A stretch of 40,762 nucleotides of DNA from Nemertoderma westbladi (lineage: Eukaryota > Animalia > Xenacoelomorpha). The stretch lies in contig JAUCBJ010001670.1 in the NCBI GenBank assembly GCA_032718475.1, forward strand, positions 1 to 40,762, read 5' to 3'. Both the position numbers and the translations under genes were made by a program. This document shows positions 19,536 to 32,308 of the stretch, one piece after another (the stretch's first letter is position 1; each line of letters opens with the position of its first letter). Below the pieces are notes generated by a model. It worked only from the letters and a program-made list of their open reading frames with translations, was not told the origin of the DNA and ran no database searches.

Positions 19536-20516
19536 ATGGTGCAATAACTACTGTAGGAAATACAATACAGTAAGAACAATGTATCCGGTTGGTTTGTGTG
19601 GGCGATTATTGGATTGGGGGGTTTGGCAACAGTACTCGCAGCTGAGAATAACTGACATTTTGTGCGTACAAGGTGAAGGTGTTAATATAAGATCGGTCAG
19701 ATGTTTAATTGCCAACATCGTGGCGTATTTAATGTCGTGGTTTTTGATATAGAGTTTATTCTTAGGTGCATTTCTACATTAAATGTCACCTCTGTATCTT
19801 ACCCTAAATTACTTTATTGTGCATTATTGGTGTTACGCTATTCGCACCTTATGTGCAGTAACTTATGCTTCCGGGGTCTACTACATATCCTCGACCGGCC
19901 ACGGGTTGACCGACAGCATGTTCCCTGAACGAAACCGGAAGTCTAGTGGGAAGGGTGGTAGATATTCTACCAGAGAAGCACATCTAAGGATCGGATAAGG
20001 GTCTTTCGATATTCTCACCCCCATATGACGAAGGATATCCCTTCAGTGACTTTTACTGGAGGAGTTCATCTTGGGCATTTCGGTAGCAGGTAGGTATAGG
20101 CCAGACTCACCAGGTAAGTGAGTAGAAACGTTCGGCATCTAATCGGAACCACTTAAGAATTACCCCTGAGTTTGTCTTGATTTTAACGTCGCATAAAGTT
20201 CGGACGTCTATTTATTTATTATTGCTTTTAGAAATCGGAAAATCCTGTGATTTAAAGCAATTTTATTTTTAAAATATAATAATCAAACATTAATTGAAAA
20301 CACAAACTCGAACAGACAATACAAGTTACAAAATAAGTATCCAAGACGCATAAAATTAAAAGGCACATTATAAATATATACAAATTTATATACAATGAAA
20401 ATAAACTAAAAAAAATAAATTTAGTAGAAAAACCTTATGTTACTTCATATTATGAAACATAAATGATTATGATTTTAATATTACATAATAATAAATTAGT
20501 ATTGTGAATGGAAGTT

Positions 20517-20709
20517 CTAGAAGTCTTCGCTATCGTTCATTGTGAGAGTTATTGGTTCCGATATGCTATCCTCCCAACTGTCGCCTCCACCTTGGCGAAG
20601 CGAATTGGGTTTCCGTATCAGCGAATCCGTTACGACGATATCGCGGTTGGAACGCGCAACTCCCGGTTCTTTAAGGGTTACCTTCTTAGCTCGATTCCGA
20701 GATAGTTGT
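20517..20709 (-). CDS. Probable terminal coding exon of an unidentified host gene
   Basis: Acceptor ATCTCCTCTGTTACAG (AG at 20710-20711), then 1 nt plus 63 open codons (QLSRNRAKKVTLKEPG...MNDSEDF*), GC-richer than flanks, AT-rich 3' region with AATAAA on minus near 20211 and 20262. No upstream exon found in the window. Confidence 0.5.
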
Positions 20710-20724
20710 CTGTAACAGAGGAGA

Positions 20725-23700
20725 TGGGAGGAACGTACATATAAGTTGGAATGTGAGGAACGGATAGTAAGATGGAATGGGAGGAACGGACAGTAAGTTG
20801 GAATGGGAGGAACGGATTGTAAGTTGGAATGGGAGGAACGGATTGTAAGTTGGAATGGGAGGAACGGATAGTAAGTTGGATTGGGAGGAACGGATAGTAA
20901 GTTGGAATGGAGGAACGGATAGTAAGTTGGAAGGGGAGGAACGGATAGTAAGTTGGAATGGGAGGAACGGATAGTAAGTTGGAATGGGAGGAGGAACGGA
21001 TAGTAAGTTGGAATGGGAGGAACGGATAGTAAGGTGGAATGGGAGGAACGAATAGTAAGTTGGAATGGGAGGAACGGATAGTAAGTTGGATTGGGAGGAG
21101 GAACGGATAGTAAGTTGGAATTGGAGGAACGGATAGTAAGTTGGAATGGGAGGAACGGATAGAAGTTGGATTGGGGGAACGGATAGTAAGTTGGAATGGG
21201 AGGAGGAACGGATTGGAATTGGAGGAACTGATAGTAAGTTGGATTGGGAGGAACGGATAGTAAGTTGGATTGGGAGGAGGAACGGATAGTAAGTTTGAAT
21301 GGGAGGAACGGATAGTAAGTTGGAATTGGAGGAACTGATAGTAAGTTAGAATGGGAGGAACTGATAGTAAGTTTGAATGGGAAGAACGGATAGTAAGTGG
21401 TATTGGGAGGAGGAACGGATATAAAGTTGGAATGGGAAGAACGGATAGTAAGATGGAATGGGAGGAGGAACGGTTAGTAAGTTGGATTGGGAGGAGGAAC
21501 GGATAGTAAGTTGGAATGGGAGGAACGGATAGTAAGTTGGAATGGGAGGAACGGATAGTAAGTTGGAATGGGAGGGGCGGATAGTAAGTTGGATTGGGAG
21601 GAACGGATAGTAAGTTGGAATGGGAGCAGCGGATAGTAAGTTGGAATGCGAGGAACGGATAGATTGGGAGGAGGGACGGATAGTTAGTTGGATTGGGAGG
21701 AGGAACGGATAGTAAGTTGGAATGGGAGGATGAACGGATAGTAAGTTGGAATGGAAGGAGGAACGGATAGTAAGTTGGAATTGGAGGAACGGATATTAAG
21801 TTGGATTGGGAGGAGGAACAGATAGTAAGTTGGAATGGGAGGATGAACGGATAGTAAGTTGGAATGGAAGGAGGAACGGATAGTAAGTTGGAATTGGAGG
21901 AACGGATATTAAGTTGGATTGGGAGGATGAACGAATAGTAAGTTGGAATTGGAGGAACGGATATTAAGTTGGATTGGGAGGAGGAACGGATAGTAAGTTG
22001 GAATGGGAGGAACGGATAGTAAGTTGGATTGGGAGGAGGAACGGATAGTCAGTTGGATCGGGAGGAGGAACGAATAGTAAGTTGGAATTGGAGGAACGGA
22101 TATTAAGTTGGATTGGGAGGAGGAACGGATAGTAAGTTGGAATGGAAGGAACGGATAGTAAGTTGGATTGGGAGGAGGAACGGATAGTAAGTTGGAATGG
22201 GAGGATGAACGGATAGTAAGTTGGAATGGAAGGAGGAACGGATAGTAAGTTGGAATTGGAGGAACGGATATTAAGTTGGATTGGGAGGAGGAACGAATAG
22301 TAAGTTGGAATTGGAGGAACGGATATTAAGTTGGATTGGGAGGAGGAACGAATAGTAAGTTGGAATTGGAGGAACGGATATTAAGTTGGAATGGGAGGAA
22401 CGGATAGTAAGTTGGAATGGGAGGAACGGATAGTAAGTTGGATTGGGAGGAGGAACGGATAGTAAGTTGGATCGGGAGGAGGAACGAATAGTAAGTTGGA
22501 ATTGGAGGAACGGATATTAAGTTGGATTGGGAGGAGGAACGGATAGTAAGTTGGAATGGAAGGAACGGATAGTAAGTTGGATTGGGAGGAGGAACGGATA
22601 GTAAGTTGGATCGGGAGGAAGAACGAATAGTAAGTTGGAATTGGAGGAACGGATATTAAGTTGTATTGGGAGGAGGAACGGATAGTAAGTTGGAATGGGA
22701 GGAACGGATAGTAAGTTGGATTGGGAGGAGGAACGGATAGTAAGTTGGATCGGGAGGAGGAACGAATAGTAAGTTGGAATTGGAGGAACGGATATTAAGT
22801 TGGATTGGGAGGAGGAACGGATAGTAAGTTGGATTGGGAGGAGGAACGGATAGTAAGTTGGATCGGGAGGGGGAACGAATAGTAAGTTGGAATTGGAGGA
22901 ACGGATATTAAGTTGGATTGGGAGGAGGAACGGATAGTAAGTTGGAATTGGAGGAACGGATATTAAGTTGGATTGGGAGGAACGGATAGTAAGTTGGAAT
23001 TGGAGGAACGGATATTAAGTTGGATTGGGAGGAGGAACGAATAGTAAGTTGGAATGGGAGGAACGGATAGTAAGTTGGATTGGGATGAGGAATGGATAGT
23101 AAGTTGGAATGGGAGGAACGGATATTAAGTTGGATTGGGAGGAGGAACGGATAGTAAGTTGGATCGGGAGGAGGAACGAATAGTAAGTTGGAATTGGAGG
23201 AACGGATATTAAGTTGGAATGGGAGGAACGGATAGTAAGTTGGAATGGGAGGAACGGATAGTAAGTTGGATTGGGATGAGGAATGGATAGTAAGTTGGAA
23301 TGGGAGGAACGGATATTAAGTTGGATTGGGAGGAGGAACGGATAGTAAGTTGGATCGGGAGGAGGAACGAATAGTAAGTTGGAATTGGAGGAACGGATAT
23401 TAAGTTGGAATGGGAGGAACGGATAGTAAGTTGGAATGGGAGGAACGGATATTAAGTTGGATTGGGAGGAGGAACGAATAGTAAGTTGGAATTGGAGGAA
23501 CGGATATTAAGTTGGAATGGGAGGAACGGATAGTAAGTTGGAATGGGAGGAACGGATAGTAAGTTGGATTGGGAGGAGGAACGGATAGTAAGTTGGATCG
23601 GGAGGAGGAACGAATAGTAAGTTGGAATTGGAGGAACGGATATTAAGTTGGAATGGAAGGAACGGATAGTAAGTTGGATTGGGAGGAGGAACGGATAGTA

Positions 23701-26203
23701 AGTTGGATCGGGAGGAGGAACGAATAGTAAGTTGGAATTGGAGGAACGGATATTAAGTTGTATTGGGAGGAGGAACGGATAGTAAGTTGGAATGGGAGGA
23801 ACGGATAGTAAGTTGGATTGGGAGGAGGAACGGATAGTAAGTTGGATCGGGAGGAGGAACGAATAGTAAGTTGGAATTGGAGGAACGGATATTAAGTTGG
23901 ATTGGGAGGAGGAACGGATAGTAAGTTGGATTGGGAGGAGGAACGGATAGTAAGTTGGATCGGGAGGGGGAACGAATAGTAAGTTGGAATTGGAGGAACG
24001 GATATTAAGTTGGATTGGGAGGAGGAACGGATAGTAAGTTGGAATTGGAGGAACGGATATTAAGTTGGATTGGGAGGAACGGATAGTAAGTTGGAATTGG
24101 AGGAACGGATATTAAGTTGGATTGGGAGGAGGAACGAATAGTAAGTTGGAATGGGAGGAACGGATAGTAAGTTGGATTGGGATGAGGAATGGATAGTAAG
24201 TTGGAATGGGAGGAACGGATATTAAGTTGGATTGGGAGGAGGAACGGATAGTAAGTTGGATCGGGAGGAGGAACGAATAGTAAGTTGGAATTGGAGGAAC
24301 GGATATTAAGTTGGATTGCGAGGAGGAACGGATAGTAAGTTGGAATTGGAGGAACGGATAGTAAGTTGGATTGGGAGGAGGAACGGATAGTAAGTTGGAA
24401 TGGGAGGAACGGATAGTAACTTGGATTGGGAGGAGGAACGGATAGTAAGTTGGATCGGGAGGAGGAACGAATAGTAAGTTGGAATTGGAGGAACGGATAT
24501 TAAGTTGGATTGGGAGGAGGAACGGATAGTAAGTTGGAATTGGAGGAACGGATAGTAAGTTGGATTGGGATGAGGAATGGATAGTAAGTTGGATTGGGAG
24601 GAGGAACGGATAGTAAGTTGGATTGGGAGGAGGAACGGATAGTAAGTTGGAATGGGAGGAACGGATAGTAAGTTGGATTGGGAGGAGGAACGGATAGTAA
24701 GTTGGAATGGGAGGAACGGATAGTAAGTTGGATTGGGAGGAGGAACGGATAGTAAGTTGGATTGGGAGGAGGAACGAATAGTAAGTTGGAATTGGAGGAA
24801 CGGATAGTAAGTTGGATTGGGAGGAGGAACGGATAGTAAGTTGGAATTGGAGGAACTGATAGTAAGTTGGATTGGGAGGAGGAACGGATAGTAAGTTGGA
24901 TTGGGAGGAGGAACGGATAGTAAGTTGGAATTGGAGGAACGGATAGTAAGTTAGAATGGGAGGAACGGATAGTAAGTTGGATTGGGAGGAGGAACGGATA
25001 GTAAGTTGGATTGGGAGGAGGAACCGATAGTAAGTTAGAATGGGAGGAACGGATAGTAAGTTAGAATGGGAGGAACGGATAGTAAGTTGGATTGGGAGGA
25101 GGAACGGATAGTAAGTTGGATTGGGAGGAGGAACCGATAGTAAGTTGGAATTGGAGGAACTGATAGTAAATTGGAATGGGAGGAACTGATAGTAAGTTGG
25201 ATTGGGAGGAGGAACGGATAGTAAGTTAGAATGGGAGGAACGGATAGTAAGTTAGAATGGGAGGAACGGATAGTAAGTTAGAATGGGAGGAACGGATAGT
25301 AAGTTGGATTGGGAGGAGGAACGGATAGTAAGTTGGATTGGGAGGAGGAACGGATAGTAAGTTAGAATGGGAGGAACGGATAGTAAGTTAGAATGGGAGG
25401 AACGGATAGTAAGTTGGATTGGGAGGAGGAACGGATAGTAAGTTGGATTGGGAGGAGGAACCGATAGTAAGTTGGAATTGGAGGAACTGATAGTAAATTG
25501 GAATGGGAGGAACTGATAGTAAGTTGGATTGGGAGGAGGAACGGATAGTAAGTTAGAATGGGAGGAACGGATAGTAAGTTAGAATGGGAGGAACGGATAG
25601 TAAGTTGGAATGGGAGGAACGGATAGTAAGTTAGAATGGGAGGAACGGATAGTAAGTTAGAATGGGAGGAACAGATAGTAAGTTAGAATGAGAGGAACGG
25701 ATAGTAAGGGATTGGGAGGAGGAACGGATAGTAAGTTGGATTGGGAGGAGGAACGGATAGTAAGTTAGAATGGAAGGAACGGATAGTAAGTTGGATCGGG
25801 AGGAGGAACGGATAGTAAGTTGGATTGGGAGGAGGAACGGATAGTAAGTTGGAATTGGAGGAACTGATAGTAAATTGGAATGGGAGGAACTGATAGTAAG
25901 TTAGAATGGGAGGAACAGATAGTAAGTTAGAATGAGAGGAACGGATAGTAAGTTAGAATGGGAGGAACGGATAGCAAGTTGGAATGGGATGAACGGAAGT
26001 TGGAATGGGAGGAACGGATAGTAAGTTAGAATGGGAGGAACGGATAGCAAGTTGGAATGGGATGAACGGAAGTTGGAATGGGAGGAACGGATAGTAAGTT
26101 GGATTGGGAGGAACGAATAGTAAGTTGGAATGTGAGGAACGGATAGATTGGGAGGAGTAACGGATAGAAGTTGGAATGGGAGGAACGGATAGTAAGTTGG
26201 AAT
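20725..26203. repeat. ~5.5-kb tandem array of a 26-bp unit (GGGAGGAACGGATAGTAAGTTGGAAT) and its 29-bp +GAG variant, roughly 200 copies
   Basis: Directly visible; strong purine bias on plus; variant units arranged in higher-order blocks. Confidence 0.98.
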
Positions 26204-27127
26204 GGGGTCAGTCCATATCAAAACGACCAATGTTAAAAACCACTATGTCTTGGATCAGTCTAATTTTTGGAGAGATTGATGATGGGTTTAAGATATGAAG
26301 AACAAAAAAAACATTTCTCAGAAATATTGAGTAGAAGTCAAGATATGACTATTTGAAAAATCCAAGTTTTCGCATGACCGCACACATTCGCGACATTATT
26401 TTTTACGCCCTAATTTTAAAAAATCCAATTCAAATTGCTCTGTATGGGGTGTAAATTTTGTTATGGGGGTAATTTTCTGTGCTGAATCCGAAAATGTCAT
26501 CAAAAATTTGAATTTTTAATGTTTTCTTGTGATATATTTTAAATTTCATTTTGTCCGCGACTGAAAAATTAAGGGTTTTCAGGGACATAAAAACATGTGT
26601 GGCACTGTCACTTAGGTGATGAAACTTTGTATGCTAAACCACAACACTATTGTATTCGAAATTCTAAAACAAAATCTATGGGTATTTGACAACTTTATTA
26701 TAATATTTGTGTTCAAATATTTGTCTAAAAAAGTAACCGGGCGGTTAAATATGAAATGGTGATATCAACTGTAAAAAGAAAAAAATAAAATATGAGCTGT
26801 ATTAATCTGTGCTAGCAATTACAGTTGGATCAAATTAATAAATAAGAAAAAAATAGGTACAAAATAGGCAAAAAAATAACTTGGTTTCTCCAAATTTTGC
26901 GAACTACGACCAAAGTGGTGTATTACAGTTTCAGATTATGGAGCACACAGTACCTGTGTTTGCCAAATACATCAGAACATGAAACTGGTGTGTGAAGCAC
27001 TTCCTTCCAATGTTTCGTATAAGGATTGTTTCAATAAAGCTGTTTGCGAACTAGACAATCGAGACTGTATGCTTCACAAATGCCAAAATTGACCGGGTCT
27101 CCCTTCCCTTGTTTCTGCTCTTGAGCA
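26204..27127 (+). mobile_element. DNA transposon fragment with Cys-rich transposase piece (Sola2-like, tentative)
   Basis: Begins GGGGTCAGTCCATATCAAAACGACCAA; 26880-27127 translates LGFSKFCELRPKWC...STCVCQIHQNMKL...AVCELDNRDCMLHKCQN*PG; cut by the element at 27128. Confidence 0.6.
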
Positions 27128-27330
27128 TGTGGGGCGAGCCACGAAGTGAGTGAGCCTTAGCGTAGTGGTACCATTAATCAACCTGTCGTTCTGTCGTTCT
27201 GTCGTGTTCAATTTTAAACGTTAATAACTCGGCCAATCTTTGATGAAATCTATCCAAACTTGGTACACATGTTGTTTGGCAAAAGTTTAGAAATTTTCCA
27301 AGTAGAATTTCCGTGTGGCCTTCGAGAAGC
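27128..27330 (+). mobile_element. HINE/DINE-like element 5' part, related to 18569-19535; right end not determined
   Basis: TGTGGGGCGAGCCACGAAGTGAGTGAGCCTTAGCG, (CTGTCGTT)n microsatellite, AAACTTGGTACACATG motif. Confidence 0.6.
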
Positions 27331-28810
27331 TAAGATAATAGCAGTTAATTAGTTAATTAAGTTGATTACGGTAAAAACACCATTTTCAACCTGCCTTTTA
27401 AAGGAAATTAATTGTTTTACAGTATAAGACTTCAATAATTATACTTAAAAAATATACAGATGTAATCCGCATACTCCATTCTATTATAGTTTTTAATTAG
27501 TTCAAGTGATTTGCTTTAATAATCGTGTCTTTAATTGATCTAAAGTAATTAAACCGGCATAAAAAATGTATTCTCATTAAATACTGCTCATTTATTGGTT
27601 AACATCCAAGTTGGCTTGATTCCCAGCAACACTTGAGGTATTCAGTCAGCCTTGCTTGTAAGAGGCAGACTGCTGCTGCTGCTAGTAGCCATCCATTCAC
27701 TCACTCTCCATTGAACTGGCTGATTGGAGGTGTGTGTGTATCGGGTTCAATGACATTAATATTATTACTAAAGTAACGTCGGGATGTTAATATTCACTGG
27801 AGCTATGAGTCTCTCTGGTTAGTTGAATGAATGAAATAAATAATTGTTTTACTGTTCCGAATATCAATGTTTATTTCTGTAGGCCAACTTACTGTATTAT
27901 TATTTAATCTAAATGTACATAATAGTTTAAATAAATTATTTCACAATTTCATTCCAATTCATACTGCTTACGCAACCATGCTAATTAGGTATATTAAATG
28001 GCAGGATTGTTTTTAATTAAAATTTTTACAGAGCAAACAAGTATATTGTATTTAACTGAAAGTTAATTTATTTCGGTAAGTAGGCCTTGCGGTTTGTTAG
28101 TTTAGTTAGTATAATAAGTATCAAATATATTACGTGCTGCTGTACAGTAAACGCGGCTTTGCGTTATTGAATTACAGAATTGGCGGTACAAAGTACGTTA
28201 ATAGGGATCAGGCATATTGCATTTATATAATTGTTGTTGTAAATGTACAATAATATGCGCCACTTTTATTTTAGTAACTGCAATGTGTATTTCATTTGTA
28301 CCTGCAACCCATTAAAAAGGGCAGCTGAACATATCGCGGACAGGCTGACTATTCACCATAACAAAAAAACCCAAATCGCCGCAGTTCCACTTACAGTTCC
28401 ATATTATTCTGTTTTGCAATTCAACCCAATTTATCTGCTCTCTGCTACACGCGGTTTTATCCACGAGTTTTGTAAAGTCCCGACTTATCGGGAATGACAT
28501 GAACTTAGCGTCCGGAATATTCTGATCAGATTAAATCTACTTGGCGCTGTAATACTGCATCCCGTTGTACCAGAAGTTATTAAAACATACCGGCCCCTCA
28601 AATGCGCTTGCAGTGGGTTAGAGAACAACATATACCGCCCCAGTACAACCGCTATTTTGATAAGGTCCAATATATAATATATATATATGGTCTAACATAT
28701 GATAGTTCACTAATCAGCTAATAGGCCTATTAATTCGTGAGATTTCAATTTATAAATAAAACTAATATACGAGCTCATATGAGCTCAATTGATTGATTGA
28801 TTGAAGGTAT

Positions 28811-31219
28811 GAGGGTCAATAAGCTTAAAAGTGGCCAATGGTTTGTCCGGAAGTTACGATATAATTTTAAATGCTTTAATTTATTCGTATTTAATAAAGT
28901 TATATATTATTCTGTAGCTAATTTATTTGCGCAGCTTACGCACTAAAAATTATCAAAATCTGTAAAGGCAGTCAGAAGATATGCCCCATTAAAGACTGAA
29001 ATATCGTGAAAATCAGTTGTCCCTTACGTGACAAGACCACAAACAACTGTAAATTTCATCACTCCAAGTGGCAGATATATAGGAAACCTATATATTGTTG
29101 GGAAGCTTAGATGTTTTGCTTTCTTTTCCGATTTATTTCAGGCCATAATATTCATGTTGAACCATTTGAGATCGATACATAAAATGGGCATGGATTTTTC
29201 AATTTTTGTGTCACATCTGTAACATTTACGTCTAGAATCTGAAGTAGTAACTGTAGGTTTTCAGTTTTGATATATTTATAATCTACAGGGTTTCTAACAT
29301 ATATAGGCCAGATATCACATACAAAGGGCAAGGCAATCTCATTTGGGAAGTATTTATGTTTAACAAAGTCAATATAGAAAGCATAAACGTCCATATCTGT
29401 AACGCTACAAATGTGGCCATAGATTTTGATAATATTAATCTCATACAAGTATATTGGTACGTGTGGAAAGGCAATTTGAAATTCATGCCGCATCAACCCC
29501 AAGAGTTAATGTGATAAATAAACACCTATGATGTATGGCGGTGGTAAGCGTTTTTGTCAACCATCTGTAACGCGTCACCGTTACAGTGTAGTGCGTTACA
29601 GATAGGGCATGTCTCATCTGTAACGCATTATATAACCAGTTTCGATGCGTTACAGACTGTGGGTTTTCAGTCATATCTATATGAAAGTCCTATCTGTAAC
29701 GGAGTGTCATCCTGAAATACAATAAGGCATCACTGTCAATACTTGAATGCCTACGCGTTTGATACGTTATTCGTCTTCCTACTGACATCCTAACTGCCCA
29801 TGGTAATGTGGTAGTGTAAGATGGGTAAGTGTAAAACGCGGAACCGGATGCAGGATCCGGATCGGTACCCGGATTTTGAGGTTAAAACGCGGATCCAAAA
29901 TGCGAATTCAAGATAATTTTCATAGTCAAGTGTTACTGGATCCCGTATGGGGACTATAACACGGATTTATGTTTATCTCTATCCGGGAAGAGGTGATTGT
30001 GGATTCTGGGGAGTAAAGCGCAGATTCACTTCACATATATGAAATTGTATGAATCCAGAGCTTCTGGGTCCGTGGTAAATAATTTAGGAATTAATTGCAA
30101 ATATATACAATCTCTATCTTATAAATTTTATGTATTAATAAAATGTGCTTTCTGGAAAATTTCGCTTTATTTCGTTTAGAATTGTAGAAGATACATTTCC
30201 TAAGAACAGTGTTTTTTTTTAACATACAATATATTGTACAGACTGTCCTTTGCCCAATGTTTTGTTTTTCGTTTTTCATGATTAGGGTCTGCAGACGTAG
30301 AGTATATAGATAGACTTCAATAAATTTGTATGTCTAATTTCATCTGACATGAAGCAATAAATAAACAAAAGTAAATAATCCAGTGACTGTTATCAGTGAG
30401 TCTTGTGTAACTTCAATGTAAGATTGTAATTTACTCTAATGATTAAATACTCATAGCATATAAAAGGCCTATATCTTACTATCAATTTCTAAATCATTGG
30501 CTTAACATCACGTACTGACTTACATGACAGACTTGTGCACTACTTATATTATTGTGATAAGTTTAGTCAGATCCGTTTATTGGAAGAGGTAATGGACGTA
30601 TCTGAATCAGTTGCAGAGAAACGCCAGGGAGCGGTTAAATAAGTACAGACAAAAAATTGACCGCGCGGTTGTTATACAGAGTATTTTAAACAAGCATATA
30701 AAAAGCGGCGTTATAGAGAAAATTTAAAACGGGATAAAAAAAATCGTGTAAAACAAGATTATCGGTTACACAGAAAAATGTTAGTGAAAATCTTTTTCTA
30801 TATTTATTGCAAATCATGTGTATTAAGTACATATAATTTAGTGGATGCGATGGTTATGGGCAGATATCTCTGTTTGTTACAGATGTTTGTCCAATAAATT
30901 ACCTTATTGTCGAAGCAATAAGTTATAAATACTGCAAAATCCACATAACATAATTACCGTTACAGATGGCCGTTACAGACGTTTGTCCCATAAATGTCAT
31001 CACTGTAATGCGTTACAGTGGTAGACAAAAACGTTACAGATATGACATTAGTTTTTGCCATATATCTCCCTTTGAGCAGCGCGTCATGCTCTCCCTCTAC
31101 CATCACAAGATTCGCCATGAAATTATCTTTCGAATGGTGTATGGTTTTGAACTAATTTCCGACAAAAATTTTTCGGTCAATTTGTACCCCTTTTTGGCCA
31201 CTTTTAAGCTTATTGACCC
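28811..31219. mobile_element. Non-autonomous composite TIR transposon (GAG-start terminus, Sola2-like, tentative)
   Basis: 26-bp perfect inverted repeat GGGTCAATAAGCTTAAAAGTGGCCAA at 28813-28838 and 31194-31219; no coding capacity seen; no TSD because the right end abuts a tandem array. Confidence 0.8.
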
Positions 31220-31697
31220 ACAAGTCACATACAACTACTACCTAGGAAGGCAGCCACTTCCCAACCTCAGTAAGTTCTACTACACAAGTCACATACAACT
31301 ACTACCTAGGAAGGCAGCCACTTCCCAACCTCAGTAAGTTCTACTACACAAGTCACATACAACTACTACCTAGGAAGGCCAGCCACTTCCCAACCTCAGT
31401 AAGTTCTACACAAGTCACATACAACTACTACCTAGGAAGGCAGCCACTTCCCAACCTCAGTAAGTTCTACACAAGTCACATACAACTACTACCTAGGAAG
31501 GCCAGCCACTTCCCAACCTCAGTAAGTTCTACTACACAAGTCACATACAACTACTACCTAGGAAGGCCAGCCACTTCCCAACCTCAGTAAGTTCTACTAC
31601 ACAAGTCACATACAACTACTACCTAGGAAGGCAGCCACTTCCCAACCTCAGTAAGTTCTACACAAGTCACATACAACTACTACCTAGGAAGGCCAGC
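31220..31697. repeat. Tandem repeat, 61-65-bp unit, ~7.5 copies, interrupted by the LTR element
   Basis: Unit ACAAGTCACATACAACTACTACCTAGGAAGGC(C)AGCCACTTCCCAACCTCAGTAAGTTCTAC(TAC). Confidence 0.97.
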
Positions 31698-32232
31698 TGT
31701 TAGCTTATTCAATCCCGCCAACACCCCATAAAGTTATTAGCCGATAAGCAATATTGGGAGCCGCGAGATTGGGTAATTAACCAACTCGCGCCATCCCAAT
31801 AAGAATGGGAAGGAAGCACACAAAGGAGGGTCAGGGGCCAAACCCCTAACCCAGGGAACAGGTGGAGTGAACGGGAATACTCCACGGGGCGCCAACAAGG
31901 GTAACAACCAATCAGAGGGGGGCAAGGCATCGATTAGGTAGCAATTAGGCCAACCGTGCAGTATAGCCACTTGGCAGTAATATTACCTATTCAGTTATCA
32001 CAGTGCAGCAGTGCTAGCGTAGGGTACAGCCAATTAGTTTAGTTAGGGGATCACGGGACTTTAGTTACCGTATCCCGCCTTGTACACATTTACAATATCT
32101 ATATCTTATAACATCCTATTATACACCGAACTTCAGAACTCAGTCATTTATTTCACCCTTATACACGGCGGGGACGCGTGGACTAAATTACCACAACCGG
32201 ATAAATCGGGATCCCCCTTGGATCCCGTCACA
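31698..32232 (+). repeat. Putative 5' LTR of the BEL/Pao element (3' boundary approximate)
   Basis: Abrupt break of the tandem unit at CCAGC/TGTTAG; non-coding stretch before the gag ATG; ACA at 32230-32232 is a candidate end. No clear TGG primer-binding site seen, and the 3' LTR is outside the window. Confidence 0.55.
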
Positions 32233-32308
32233 GTAACTAAACCGAGCTGCCGCCCTAGTTAAACTCAAAGAACCCCATGCTAGCTAGTCAAACTCCACCA
32301 AAGACGAG

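Noticed and set aside
20725-26203. CRISPR array or telomeric tract
   Set aside because: Units are head-to-tail with no unique spacers, there are no cas genes, the context is eukaryotic, and the array is internal and not a TTAGG(G)-type repeat.
25901-26230. 109-aa ORF on minus
   Set aside because: It is a translation of the satellite; periodic low-complexity product.
31220-31697. CRISPR-like repeat-spacer array (period ~64 bp)
   Set aside because: The whole unit is repeated nearly identically; there is no variable spacer.
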